DNA of 60,560 nucleotides, counting the filler, from Platydemus manokwari (taxonomy: Eukaryota), in the NCBI GenBank assembly GCA_037951405.1. It is 5 parts of 5 records of this genome, joined end to end, with 100 filler letters (N's around TTAATTAATTAA, not from the genome) between each part and the next. Parts side by side here need not be neighbours in the genome. Positions count along the whole stretch, not along the records: positions 1 to 16,629 come from JBBMOY011158104.1; positions 16,730 to 27,594 come from JBBMOY011099885.1; positions 27,695 to 37,675 come from JBBMOY011182100.1; 2 more parts are not named here. One strand, written 5' to 3'. Below are positions 15,901-29,506 of this stretch, piece after piece (the stretch's first letter is position 1; each line of letters begins with the position of its first letter). Both the position numbers and the translations under genes were made by a program. Under the pieces are notes generated by a model, which had not been told where the DNA came from, did not search any database, and was given only the letters and a program-made list of their open reading frames with translations.

Positions 15901-16462
15901 TTTAAGCCTTCCGTTCTTTTGATTTTAATTTCGCAATTGTAAGACCCATCTAATAATGGGAAATGTCTATTTTCCTAAAATAAATATTTTAATAATTGCT
16001 TTTACATGATTTTTATTAAAATAGATAACAATAACAATACAAATAAAAACAATAATATTAATAAGACTAATAGGAATAGCAAATATTAGTGGTAAAGCAA
16101 ACTTAAAACACTGAATTCTTCTATTATAATTTTCAGATCTTATATATTCATTTTAGTACAATTTGGTTATGTGTATGTTGATAAATGAGAATATTCAATC
16201 AGTCAAAGCTTATTTTTATATTTTATTATATAAAATTAATATTATATGATATTATAATTTCAATATATTTATGGATAATTTAAATAAAAATTAAATAACA
16301 TTTCCTTACCATTGGCTCCTCAAAGACTTTACTAGATAAAATGGAAAAATACTTATTTTTCCTGGCACATCCAGAAATGGATTTAATTTTTTTGACAAGT
16401 ACAAAATTAGGTGGTTCTTGTGTAGTTGTATATTCTGTTATACAGTCTCCAGAAATATCAGT
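940..16462 (-). CDS. Apolipophorin / large lipid transfer protein (vitellogenin-N + VWD), multi-exon, 5' end truncated by gap
   Basis: The most 5' visible exon (16310-16462) encodes TDISGDCITEY, a vitellogenin-N/LLT-like motif. Further motifs: VGSFVWSHISN, DFRSYSKNFE, SMYFRIMGREIYF. Giant exon 6543-10796. C-terminal VWD: PPFPKSAWVINGNSILTFDG...CTYLLARDF...GLLGSNDFD, then Cys-rich exons. Last exon 940-1107 reads DSHNKMRR...QSCHCTAG...IECKVPKSRQWYSMLF*. The GT-AG junctions I checked keep the frame. Confidence 0.93.
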
Positions 16463-16629
16463 CTAAAAATGTTAATGTAATAATAGTTAGAACTTTATAC
16501 ATTATATGCAATCAATAAAAGCATTTATTCAATTAATGAAATGTTAACCTACCAATTAAAAAATTAAAATTAAAATGAAATAATAAAGGAATTGATAAAC
16601 CTATTTAAAAAGATCAATTCGTAAAAAAG

Positions 16630-16729
16630 NNNNNNNNNNNNNNNNNNNNNNNNNNNNNNNNNNNNNNNNNNNNTTAATTAATTAANNNNNNNNNNNNNNN
16701 NNNNNNNNNNNNNNNNNNNNNNNNNNNNN
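16630..16729. other. Artificial contig spacer (44 N + TTAATTAATTAA + 44 N)
   Basis: Exactly 100 nt. The palindromic core gives TAA in all six frames. Identical to three other spacers. Confidence 0.97.
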
Positions 16730-16899
16730 TACAATAAATTTGGATGATTAATTAACATTTTGTGTTTTATTGGCCAATTCCCGGTACTTTTTTGACATAA
16801 TGTAATATTTGGAAGTAGAAATATATCTTACTTAGTTTTTTTTATTAAACTTTCTATAATCAAGGCATAATTTTATTTCTCAGTCTTTTAATATTATTG

Positions 16900-18150
16900 C
16901 TATATATCTTTTGAATAATTATGCGCTTTTCAAATGAAACCAGACTCCATCATAAGCAGTATCTGATTTTCAGGTTTCTCAAGTATTTCGTATGGTTTTT
17001 TCATACATATAACTTTATTGAAGAATAATCAGCATGTTTATTTTGTGGTGCATTCGTTTAGCTTTTCTCACCTTATGTTTCTCCATTATATCGTCATACC
17101 TATTAAATATTTGCTGCATTTATGTCTTGTTTCTTCTACAATCATTTATGGATAATTTTTAATTTCTTCATTGCTGCTCTTTGTTTACTTTAAATTGTTT
17201 TACATGATAATTGTAATAATTTCATTCTTTTCTGACAACTTTTGTATCAAAAAGTAAAATTCGTGATCTTTAGCACAAAACAACCACGTGTTTCAGTGAA
17301 AAAATGTTTGCAGCTTGCAATCCTTCACCCATCTCTTCTTATTCAAATATTAATGTCATTTTCTTGCTTGGTGCTCTGATAAATAATTAATTTTCTTGTT
17401 GTGTTAATTTGATGTCGCCTACTTCATATGTTTGCTTAAATGATACTTGTAGCTTGTTTAATTGTAACTTTTCTTAATCGCTCTAGTATATGCATGCCAA
17501 CTGCAGATTAATCAGACCAGTGTTTATGACTCTGAAATCATGATAAATGTTCATGGCTCCAATTCCAATATTAACTCATTTAGCTTCTAATACATTCCTG
17601 TTCGCCCATATTTCTTCTTTCTCTTTTTCTCTTTAAATGTCTATTTTTATTATTGAAAGTTTTCGCTGCGGAAGCTATTCTGGTTCGCACTTGCCTATTA
17701 TTATGATATAATTACGGGTATTTTCTCTTTACGGTATCGGAGGATGTGGTCCTTGTGATCCTCTCGTTATGGTTCTATATGAGGATTCTTTAAACAATTC
17801 ATCATTTATTATTTAGTTCTATATGTGTAATAGTGAGTTTTCATATGCTCTTCATCGTCTTGCTGTAGTTTTTTATTTTATAGGTAATTTTATCCTGGGT
17901 TCCAACCGTATTAATTTGGACATTTATGAAATTTCTTGATGTGTTCATAAATGGTTGCCCTGATTTTCTTTATGATAAGATTTATGAGTTGTGTTCACAT
18001 ATCACAATGTTTTTAAACGCTTTAACTCTTCCCAGTGCTGTATTGTTCAACATAAATCTTCTCGCAAGTTCTGATGCCTTTAGTGGCATTATTTCAGTTG
18101 GCGATTTTATATACAATTGTAAAATGTAAATTTTTTTATAAAATTGTACA
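16900..18150 (-). mobile_element. Possible decayed transposable-element coding relic
   Basis: Intronless, less AT-rich tract with stop-interrupted minus-strand reading segments (PTEIMPLKASELARRFMLNN..., YEHIKKFHKC resembling the end of a C2H2 finger). No family could be assigned. Confidence 0.3.
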
Positions 18151-18485
18151 TGCTCGTTTCAACAAATCAATTATTAGTTGTGTTACGATGCACATTTTGT
18201 CATCTAGAGACCGAATCCATTTGAGAATTTTTATAAAATAATAATTCTAATTCTATTTTTTTAACTCTTAACAAACATTAAAGTTTTTATTTTAAATTTA
18301 TTAAATCTTCTTATTTTAGAAGAGTGCATAGAAAAGTTTTTAAGGCGACACTTGCAAATTATTCTAAAATTCTTTATTAATACAGAAATAAAATTTGCTT
18401 GTTTAAATATTTAAAATTTGCGAATTTTGAGAAAATTTTCAAAATGGGTTTGATTTTTTATTTTTAAATTAAATTACTTCAATTT

Positions 18486-21473
18486 ATGGATCTGAAAGAA
18501 CGTACGCGCAGTGGTAGAACTGTTAAAAGATCGTCAAAATTTCTTGAAATGGAACATGAGTATGAAGACGAAGTATAATTTTAGAAATTTTTTTTTAATT
18601 TAAATGTTAATTAAGCCTATGAATCGTAGTGAAGACGAAGATGGGGATTTCAATTTTGACGAAGCTAATAATTCAGATGATGAAAGTTTTGAAGATGATA
18701 TGTTAAATTTTTCCGAGGAAAACATGAATCGAAATTCTGGTTACTTAATAAATTTGGATTTATAAATAATCTGACAATAATAGGCAGGATTCGGAGAACC
18801 TACCCTAAAGGTGAAAGCCAAGAGCTTGTTTGGAAAGATGGTAAATTAGTGACTGCCGGAACTTCTGCTCCCCCGATTATTCACCAGGTTATGGAAAAGC
18901 CTAGGATTAAAACTAAAAGTATTTTAATAAATTGTAATCAATAAATTTTAATTCTTCAAATTAAGGTTTATCCATTGAAGATAATCCACCACTATTGCAA
19001 GGTAATTTAATTTACCAAAATTAGAAGCTATTCATATTTTCATCAGTTGTCAAAGACGATCCTGGATCGAAATTTTACTCCCACGTTTTTGATGTCCTGA
19101 ATAAACCTGATTTGGTATATATTGTTGTTCAACATTTTTTAATTTTTATCAATGATTTCAGATGTTTCCCAAATTGAACGTTAATGATTCAGATAATGTT
19201 AATCGAAGCTTACCAGTTCTGGATTTAATAAATGATGGTAAGTTTTTTTACACTTTTCATGATAAAAATTTATTTTTAATCGCCATGGGTTTGATGGAAT
19301 TTAAGTTTGATTTTATTTAATATTTGATAATTTTTTCATTAATCAAATTGTTTTATCTAATCATTATTTTTATTTTAATCATTTGGTTTTGAATGAAGGC
19401 TTAGTAAATGTCATTTGTATGCCATTTTGATTGTTATTTTTAATGTTATGATTTTTAAAAAGCAATGAAGTGTAATTTTTATGGTTTTTATGGACTTTGA
19501 ATCTCTAATTATCTCAATAAACGCAAAACTCGAAATATTGGTAAATCTCAAATATAATTCTAAACCAATATAATAATTTACTGAGACCTTTTAATAATTT
19601 AATATTTGTGAACTAGTGATAAAAATCATAATGATAGTAATTATAATATTAATTAATAAGAAAAAATTGGATAAAACTAATGAAAAACATTATTATTAAT
19701 AATTAAAATATTTTTCTGGAAGTTGAGTCAAACTATGATAGTTTAAAATATTTTCTTCTAATTTCGCTCCGTTTCAGATCTCAGAATCAATTTCACAAGC
19801 ATATTTTAATTATTATAATTAGTAATAATAGTATTATATTATTATCTCGAGCAGTAAATAAAATATCTCGTAAGAATATAATAAACAGCCTGGCATATAA
19901 TCGCAGAGAAATTTTCTGCCACAATAAATTCCAGTACTATATACATATATATGTACAGCATTCAATAAAATTTAGTAGAGAATATCTACGAATGACTCAT
20001 CGCTGCTTATATAGATACTTCCTCAATATCGACGAATGAGCTTGTTTGCTCTACAATCTTCCACTCTGAATTGAATGATGTTTTAAACTATTATAGTTTG
20101 ACCCGATTTCCAGAAGAAAAGTTTTGAGCTTTAATTATTAATAATAACGTTTTTTATTATTTTTTTCCGATTTTTCTCTTATTTTATTATTAATTAAAAT
20201 TATAATTTCTAATATATTAAATAAATGTAGGTTATGAAAATAAAATATTATCTTTAAAACAATCAATTACTGTACGTATCCAAGAGAAATGTGATAATAG
20301 GTTCAATCGTAAGAGAGAATCTATGTTATAAGTCTTGATTTATCAAGGCTAACCAATTAATTATTGACTTAAATAGATTTTTAATTTTTTCTAAATGCTC
20401 TATCTCGAAAATTTAATCATAAAGACGTATACTAAAATATAAATTCACTATAACTTGAGAATTTGGTCTTTCATAATATTATGAATAATTAATCTAAAGT
20501 TTATTGTAATCCTAATAGCCTCTATTAAAATAATAATTTAATAATAAGAATTATAATTGCATGATAATAATAATATATAGCTACCCATCATTGATTTGTG
20601 TTGGCCATTTAGAGAAGTTCAAATTAAAAATGGAATCCAAAAATCCAAGTCTTACGACTAAATTGAATAAATCCACCGATAAAATGAAAGATGTTATCGG
20701 ATTGGGTGTAAATATGGAAGTTAGAGAACATATTCATCAATTTATAAGTTTCATTTGATGATATTTCATGGAATTTCAGGAATTAGAGCGATATTCTCGC
20801 GTTACTGGGTATATATTATATAATCTCGTCAGTAAAAAAAAGTCCGAAAACCAAGTCCAAGACAGTCAATCATATCGTAAAATTCAGGTAACGTGCGGAA
20901 TGCATTGAGCTTTAACAATAAAAAAAAATCCATTTGACATTCAGGAGGCTTGGGCAACGATGCCAGATCGAAACAAACGAGATTGGGAAATCAAAGCCAA
21001 ACAGATCAAAAAACAAATCGATAATAAACGCCGAAACGAAATTATTGAGGATTCCTCCAAGAAAGAAAAACGTCGATTGGCTTTGAAAAAAGCCGAAGAA
21101 AATATCAAAAAAGCGAGAGTAGGATCAATAAATGAGTTTGGTGATTGTATTTGATAACGTTTCTAGTTGGAAGATCACAATATGGTCGATCTGGCCAGTT
21201 ATTTGAAGACTGTCGGTGAAGGAATGTCCAAATTGGCAGCTCATGTTTCGTCGTATCAAGTGGAAATCTTCAAAATATTTGTTGAGAAATAATTAATTTG
21301 TTATTGTGTAGGGTCCGGTTGCGGTAAGCAGTGTGGAGGAAACGTTGTTGGATTATTTGATGAGCACTATGGTACCGTTGATTGGTATTTTTGAAGGGTC
21401 AGAAGGTCTTGATAGACAAACGACAACAGATTCGTTAAATAAGCTCACATTCCTCATACCGGGTTACAATTAA
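18486..21473 (+). CDS. HMGXB4: HMG box-containing protein 4-like (HMGXB4), multi-exon, apparently complete
   Basis: Start MDLKERTRSGRTVKRSSKFLE. Divergent HMG box (RVTGYILY...EAWATMPDRNKRDWEIKAKQIK). Spliced C-terminus MVDLASYLKTVGEGMSKLAAHVSSYQ|GPVAVSSVEETLLDYLMSTMVPL...DSLNKLTFLIPGYN* resembles the conserved HMGXB4 C-terminal domain as I recall it (IDVAAHLQLLGESL...VAVSGSLSVLLDS...LDNIAYIMPGL). Middle exon boundaries are less certain. Confidence 0.85.
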
Positions 21474-23120
21474 TATATTTGTCCTCGTTATATCATTTCC
21501 ATCTCAATTTCGATTGTAAATATCATCTTTATCATTTTATCTTGATCATAATCAATTATCATGTTTTTAAAGAGCTTGTTTTTTATTAATTTATTGAATT
21601 TTTTGTTTGTGTTTGGGCATTTATTAGTTTTTTCACTTGTTTACAGTTTAGTTCGGTTATTTTATCGATCGATTGGTGTCTTGATTTCATAAGGGCTTGA
21701 GGCAAAGTTTTAAAATCAAAAGAAACTGTGGTTTCATATTTTTAATTCGAAATCAATTAATTCACAAATAATGATCTCCATTTTAATTGGTTGTTGTAAT
21801 TCTGTCATACAACACACACAAACCAGTGTTAACAGGATTACATGCGAATCATGATTTTATTTTATTGGTCATAATGTTAGTCATTATACATAATACAAAG
21901 ATTTCCAAATTTATTACTCACATGTTCTAAATACAATGGTCTATTTATTTACTGGTCTACCCACCGTTGATGCTCTTTGTGCCGAGCCATTTTCGATAAG
22001 GCATATTTTGAAATGAAATATTCACTTTAGATTGTAAATAGCTAATATTCGAATGGTAATTGCGTATATAGTTGACATTGTAAATTAAATCACAAGCAAA
22101 TAAGGTCAATAAAATAGATTTAAATGTGCTATTTTACATATTTAATTGTTCAATCAATATTCATATCTTTGAAACACTTTCCACTCAAAACACGAACACA
22201 TTTTTCAAAATGTCCAGCATCATTCGGTATACCGGCAGTCTATTGTGGTGGAAAATTTTTAATTTATTAATGTTGTATTGTTCTGTCCTTTGAATTTCGA
22301 TAGTTTTAGATGAAATTAAATTAATAGGAATGAAAATATATTGACGACATAGATAGATAAAGATAAACTAATTTTTATCTTGTGATTGTTTGAGTCTTGA
22401 TATTTTTACTGTATTTAATTAATTTGTAACATTTTGATAATTGTTTTTTATTTGTAATGATCTTTTTTTATTTCTGGCTTGATAAAAATTAGTTTAAAGA
22501 CAGAAAAATATGAATATTTATACATGTTTTTGGTGATGCATAATTGCAGGATATGCGAAAGTAAAATATTTTTCAAATGTTGTTACAAATTTTTAATGCG
22601 TTTTAATAATATTAATGATGTGCAAACGTTCAATTTTAACAGACAAATAGATTTATCCAAATGTCAGTCTTTTGACCCTAGATTTGTAAATTAGGATTGT
22701 CTACATCATCAAGTAATCCTTTAATTTTATTATTATAGAATAAAAAATAAAGTTTATTTGTCAAAACCGGTGCTTATTATTATTTCATCGAATATCGTAT
22801 TTAATAAAATTTTTTGAATTAACACGGATCGAACCTATATGGTCTCTACTTAATTAAAAAGAAATTAATTAACCTATTAATCATTGTCTTAAATAGACAT
22901 TTGTTTTTTTTTAAATAATATTTTTAAAATAAATATTTTTAAATAATATATTTAAATCAAAGTGATGATTAATTGATTATGATATCATGTCTTAATTTAA
23001 TGATAAAGAATTTTCTTTTAAAAATGTTATTACGACGAGAACAATTATCACTTTATTTTTGATAATCACTGAATAAACTAGAACTATTGTTTCATTTTAT
23101 TGACTGGTTTCCATGAAATC

Positions 23121-26100
23121 CTAATTGAGGGAGACTTCTATTTTCGAAGATCTTCTTATCCTTTCAGCTTCATAATCAACCGGTGTTTTCAACCATGACA
23201 TTATGTAGAAAAAACATGCTAAATTTTGTGTTAAAATAAAATCTAACCACATTATTAAAATGTTATTCAAAATATTTCAGTATCAGTTTATATTTAATTG
23301 AGTGAATTAAATATTTCATTAAAACTTATTTATTTTAAATTCGTTGACATTAATTTGGTATCATATACTAAGTTTATCGTTTACATATTATTTAGCATAT
23401 TTTTCTTATTTCCGTTTTCAATTTAATTAATTTTCAGAATTAATTATTTTAATTATTCGACTTTGGAATGGATAGCAAGGATTATTTCAGAAGATTGAAC
23501 TAGATATTTTTTAAAAATTTTATCGCTGGACTTTCAATGTACTCATTGATATTGTAAATATTGATTGCATGAACTTTAGCAAAAATGATTTCGAAGATTT
23601 TTTCCGAAAGTACCTTTTGATCATTTAATTCTTTCATTAAATGAAGTTTATAAACATAAAATTTCAAGAGGTATTCACCATTAAGATATATCTACATATT
23701 TACCTATAGTAGTCAATATTGTCAGTTAGAGTTAATTTTCGTATTTTTAATATTTTCTAATCGTGCAATCTTTTGCTTTAATAAATATATTTACCTGGTA
23801 TTAAAAGAGCAAATGACACTCCCAAAATAAGATATCTCATTTTGTCGTTATCATAAATAAGACAATGCGATTTCAATCCAAATGAATTAGTATTTTGATA
23901 AGTGCAAGCTGAATCCAAAATGCGGCCTGCTAATGGAGGTAATGAAATCCCTGATTATTATAAAAGTTAAAATAATATAAAGCAAAATATACATAATACC
24001 AATAACTCCATATATAAAACTAACTATAGACAAGTTCAAACCCTTCTGTTCTGGAACAGCTAGCCTTAACCACATCATTATTCATATTCATTAATTTTTG
24101 TGAATTTGTATAAGTTTATTACTATTACTAATACTGCTAGTAATCAAGATAATAATATTGAAAATCATAAAAATAATTTTATTAATTATTTTCATTTGTA
24201 TATGAATTATAAAAATAAAACTTATTAATGTCGTTATAATAGTAATAAAATGAATTTATTTACCTCATTAACATTTGAGTGTATTGAACCATCGATATTG
24301 ACGAAATTACTCTTGATATAAAAAGAACTATTAAAAATCCAAAGACTGAGTTACAAGTAGTTTCACAGAATCCTTTCATAGCAAATTGAGAATTGTTACA
24401 ACCACACTCTCCATAAAACTAATAAGCCTATTAATAATTTAAAATTTATATAATCTTACAGTTTCATTTAAACGACTTTTACACCCAGCAACACAGGGCG
24501 AAAAAACCGTTGTTAAATTTAAACAAACTGGGTCTAGATTCCTTATTTGACAATGGCAATTGCTAGAGCAAGTGGATATCCTAAAATATTGAATATTTTT
24601 ATAACTCAATTCTCATTATATTTTAAATAATTTTATATTATAATAAACTTAATATGCTATAAGTGCATTAAAGGTTATCTATTATAAACAGGTAAGATCT
24701 AACGATACGTTCAAAATCTAGTAATAACATTGATCTTCAAAATTATTTTATTGAAGAACAAAAAATATGTACATTTAGATAAAAATATTATATTAATTTC
24801 AAAAGCATTTTTTTAAACACGCATAAGATTATCTAATTTATATTACCGTAAATAACGTGTATTAAGACCCTACATCTATTAAGGATCCCTGCATTTTTAG
24901 ATCAAATATTTTAGAAAAACCTAATTTAGATAATTGGCGATTTGTTTTAATTACATTTGATGAAATTTCGGATTTCCACCCCAGATTCAGTGTTTCTCTG
25001 GATCATCAGAAGCGATTAATGGTGTATCATTAGGTTTACATCACTGAAACATAATTTAGAAAGTATCTTATCAATAATTTTTGAAAAACTGTGTTCAACA
25101 AGAATATAATTATTGAAGTTAAATTTATTACAGTTGACTTTTTTCACCAAACTGCGATCTTAATTTCTTCTAACAAATTTGTTTTCTGATTCTTTCTACC
25201 TGCTTTTTTAGAAATTGGAAAAATAATAAGTTACTTGATGTTTAAAAGTTTTCTGTGTCAAAATTATTTTATTAAGAATAATATATATTTTGTGATTTAT
25301 CGGATTTTTGTATTTAAATTACAAAGTTTTAAGCAAGTTTTTAAGACTTTGACCGAACAGTTACATTAAAAAAAAGAAACTGTAGTTTTATTTGAATATG
25401 CCCAAAAAATTTACAAGCTTACCTGAGTTAGTAGCATTTTATGCGTGAAATGTAATTGTAATTTGCACAAATTGCTCTTCTTGATACCAATTTTTCCTTT
25501 TAATAGTACCTTTCTATTTAGCTATATATTTTCGTTGAGTAAGACGAAATCTTACAAAAGAAAAGCAGATTTGCACATCGGAATCCTTGTTAGCACTTTA
25601 AACATTTGCATACCTACACAACCATACAGACATGACAATCAACCAATCACAGCGGAGTTAGATGGCAAACGACAATTGGAAAAAGGAACGTAGCCACACA
25701 ATGAAATACACAGGGATTGACCAATCTCACACACAAAATTCGTTGAGCCCAATAGAAACATAGAAAAGTAGAGATCAAATCAAAATGTGATACAAGCATG
25801 ACTCAAAAAATTGGACACGGATCTCGAGTATAAACGCCGATGTAAAGGTGGCTAACTTCCAGCTGAAAGCCAATTGTTGGTTACTTGTTGAGACATTGTA
25901 TTTTATTTATTAGTCGTACTGAGTAGAACTCTTGTAGTTGGAAGTGAAGTTTAAATTGTAAATTTGTGATGCTTTGTAATAGTAAGAAATTAAGCTACAG
26001 CTTTTGATTTTTTGAGCCAGCAATAAATTGGTTATTCATAATAAGATCTCAATACTTCCATTTTTCAAAATTTCATTGATAAACAAAAAGAAGATATCAC

Positions 26101-26357
26101 TATACAACAAAGTCGAGTAAATTATTGTGGAACAATGTTTTTAACAAAATTTATTTGATCTTACTTTGATTTTTCACCTAGTCCATAGATATTTGTCGTA
26201 GGACATGTAAAGAAAAACAATAGCGGATATATAACGGCAGAAACCACATTTATGATAGAATGAAATCTATTCATGTTTTTGAACGTAGGTTTGTAGAAAT
26301 GGCTTACTATTCCACTAATCAAAGCACTTACAGTTCTAGATCCAGCCATACACACAG
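23121..26357 (-). CDS. Organic anion transporting polypeptide (OATP/SLCO family), 3' portion
   Basis: Spliced exons encode a TM segment ending FFFTCP, the Kazal-like loop CSSNCHCQIRNLDPVCLNLTTVFSPCVAGC, then GFCETTC, then AGRILDSACTY...SHCLIYDNDKMRY. Final exon ends ...RSSKIEVSLN*. Upstream exons were not found before the 27595 spacer. Confidence 0.88.
25440..26040 (+). mobile_element. Possible solo LTR / promoter-bearing insertion in the OATP intron
   Basis: GC-richer island with CCAAT at 25643, 25721 and 25749, ATTGG at 25810, TATAAA at 25829 and AATAAA at 26022, ending ...TATTCA. No TSD identified. Confidence 0.35.
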
Positions 26358-27594
26358 CTGAAATTAAAATAGTTTAAATCTCAAATTGGTTCATATAAAT
26401 TATAAAAAAGATAAATGGACAAATTCTGACAATCCTAGAAATTCTAAATAAAATTAAACCGCTCTTAATTAGTCTATACGCTAAACAACTCAGGATTCGT
26501 TTGTTATGATATTTATAAATTTATGCTTAGCATATAAATACCTTGAATTGTTTCAAACAAAGCATTTAAGATGCTCAAATAACTTTTCAGTAAAAAGTAA
26601 TCAAATGTTGTATCGTTTCTTTTATTAAGAACTGACTATCTTACCTATTTAAAGTAAAATAGCAAAATATTTCTAAGACAGTTTCTCAAAAATCAATCGA
26701 TAATGTTCAAAAATCGTAATGCAAAATTTTTTTATAAATGCTCTTATTGTTGGTCAGAAATTTTTGAAATTGTTTGAAGGAAATTCTTGCTCAGTAACAT
26801 AGGTGGGATAACAAGACACACATAGACTAAACAGCGATATTTGTCTCTTACATAACATATAATTTTCGTCCAGAAAAATTTACCCAGCAACACATTTTAA
26901 ATTCAAATTTTTTGAACATAAATTAAAAGTATTAAAACTAACTGGCGGAGATGTTAAAAATAAACTTTTAAAAAATAATTTAGAAATTTTAAATAAAAAC
27001 TTTTCCAATAATTTTAATAGAAAATCATTAATATTTTGCTTCAATAAAAATGTTGAAAATTAATAAAATATTCTTATCATCTTGTTCAGTTTTATATTGT
27101 TTACACGACTAATATATTAAAAGTCAACTCTTGGCAACAACTGCCAGCCTTATAAGGTCTATAAATTTTTTGTCGATCTTCATCTCTTGAGAGATTAGCT
27201 TTTATTTTGTTGCATTTGTCAGACTAGCATTTCGTGTTCAGTTAAATATTCATTAATGATCTTTTTCTAATCATAAATTTTCTTGCCATATCTTTACATA
27301 AGATTGCTAATCAACTTATTTTACTAGTGTGAACATCTTACTATTCCCGCACCTAGCATTTTTCACCAAGTTATCTTTGCGCTATTACATGCTATCTTTC
27401 ATTAATTAAAGCATTACGGATTTCATCCTTAGGTAATCATTGTCATTTTATTAAATTAGAAATTATCAAGTGTTGCAAATATTAACAATAGTTTATTCAC
27501 GACAGTCTTCTATGTTAATGTATTAGGTTGTTGGGAAAATAATGGCCGTTTTTGCATTGCATATTTAAACTGTTAATATTTAACTAAAATCATT

Positions 27595-27694
27595 NNNNNN
27601 NNNNNNNNNNNNNNNNNNNNNNNNNNNNNNNNNNNNNNTTAATTAATTAANNNNNNNNNNNNNNNNNNNNNNNNNNNNNNNNNNNNNNNNNNNN
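27595..27694. other. Artificial contig spacer
   Basis: 44 N + TTAATTAATTAA + 44 N. Confidence 0.97.
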
Positions 27695-27699
27695 ATAAT

Positions 27700-28520
27700 A
27701 TTTTAATAAAATTTTAATCATCAATAATTAGAAGTAATCTGGTGAATTTATGATCTATCTAATTCTGTTATTTTCTTCAAAATGTTTTTAATAATAAATA
27801 AATTAATTATTTCATCTAAATTTCGCTTCTATATTTAATTTAGAATTGAAACAATTTGTCAAAGATCAACTAATAAACGCAGTGAAACCATTTAATGGCA
27901 CTATTGCTATGAAATTATTCTAATAAATTAGATAAATGTAAAAAGTACATGTCCAGATAATTAACAACTTATTAAACATATAAATTTTCTTTTCATAAAA
28001 GATTTAATAAATTTTAATAATAAATTATAATTAATGATAATAACATATTGTTTATAACTTTCTTACCACATACTAATAAATAGAGAGGAATTATCAATAA
28101 TTATTCACAATAAATCAAAACAGTAATATTTTGTCTTAAAATTAATTCTATAACAATCACAATATAAGAATTCATAAATAAGAAACAACAATTGCGTCAA
28201 CATTTATGTCAATAGCTAAGCTAAATTGTCAAATCTACTCAAACAACAAGTGAACCTTTACCATCAAATTAATTTTATAACATTCACAATATAAGATCTA
28301 ATAAATATAAAAAACAACGTTTAAATAAACATTTTTATCACTAGCTAAGCTAAATTGTCAAATCAACTAAAACAACACTTGGTTAGTCAAGTCAACATAT
28401 CAGAAACTTGTTCAGAACGAGTAAAAGTCGCCTCCGCCGTGATTGAATAATGAACAACATTTCAATTTGAGATTTGATTGGTGAATGTATTTAACGGTCT
28501 TGTATAATCCAAAGGATTAA
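27700..28520 (-). pseudogene. Decayed tandem duplicate of the last exon and 3' flank of the F-type lectin gene
   Basis: 28410-28515 matches 29505-29680 (same ending, GGGDFYSF* vs GGGDFFSY*) but lacks the segment encoding the PAN cysteines. 27700-27895 resembles about 29130-29330. Confidence 0.8.
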
Positions 28521-29506
28521 CCTTAATTTCAACATTACTTACTCTTAATTTAATATTACAAGATAGTTTATTTTCGATCAGCAAATCGTATTTTAATATC
28601 TTTAATTGATAATTCTTTCATATTCTAAACATTATATTACTTTATTTAGATCTGACCTAATAAATATGCGTACACGAGGGATATGAAGCCCAATAATGGT
28701 TTAAAGTCATCTACCCAATTGAGATCTATGTCAGATTTATAAAAATTCTAAATTTAATGAATTATAAATATTAATTATAACAGTAAAAATAATGACACTA
28801 TAATATGTTTAATACCTAAAAAGTCTAAATATAAATAATACGTGACGTAAAATTTCATGTCATATTTCATTGCTTTAATAAAAGACACAAAGATATCTCT
28901 CTCTCTCAAAACAAAACTTGTACTTTGACCGTATTTTATCTCCATTTTCTATCTCTTTCATAAAATTGTTAGTGATATCTTTTGAAATTATTCATTTCAT
29001 TTTTATCAGCATTATTAGTGGTTCTAATATATGGTTTAAATAAAATAAATTTTATTAACAACACCTGAATTTGTATTAATTATAATTTTGATCAAATAAT
29101 AATTATTTATTTTTCTAATTAAATAAAATTTTAAAATTATTTTCATCATAAATAATTGGAAATAATCTGGCAAAATTATGGTTTATTTAGTATTGTTATT
29201 TTATTCAAAATTGTTTTTGATAAAAAATAAATTAATTGAGAACTAAATTTTTATTCTGCTTAGAAAAAAAATCAATATTTTAACAATAAAACACAACAAG
29301 GATGACATAATAAACGCAATGAAACCATTTTAACAATCAATATTTGTTAACAATAAAATAAAATAAATTTTAAAACATTCACAATATAAGATCTGATAAA
29401 TAAAAGAAACAACATTGAAATCAGCATTTATATTGTTACCTAAGTGAAATTTTCAAATCTACTGAAACAGCACTTGTCGAATCAAGTGAACCATTTGGAA
29501 ACTTGA

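Noticed and set aside
16674-16685. TTAATTAATTAA as a biological motif
   Set aside because: It is always centred in an exact 100-nt N block, so it is a synthetic six-frame stop linker.
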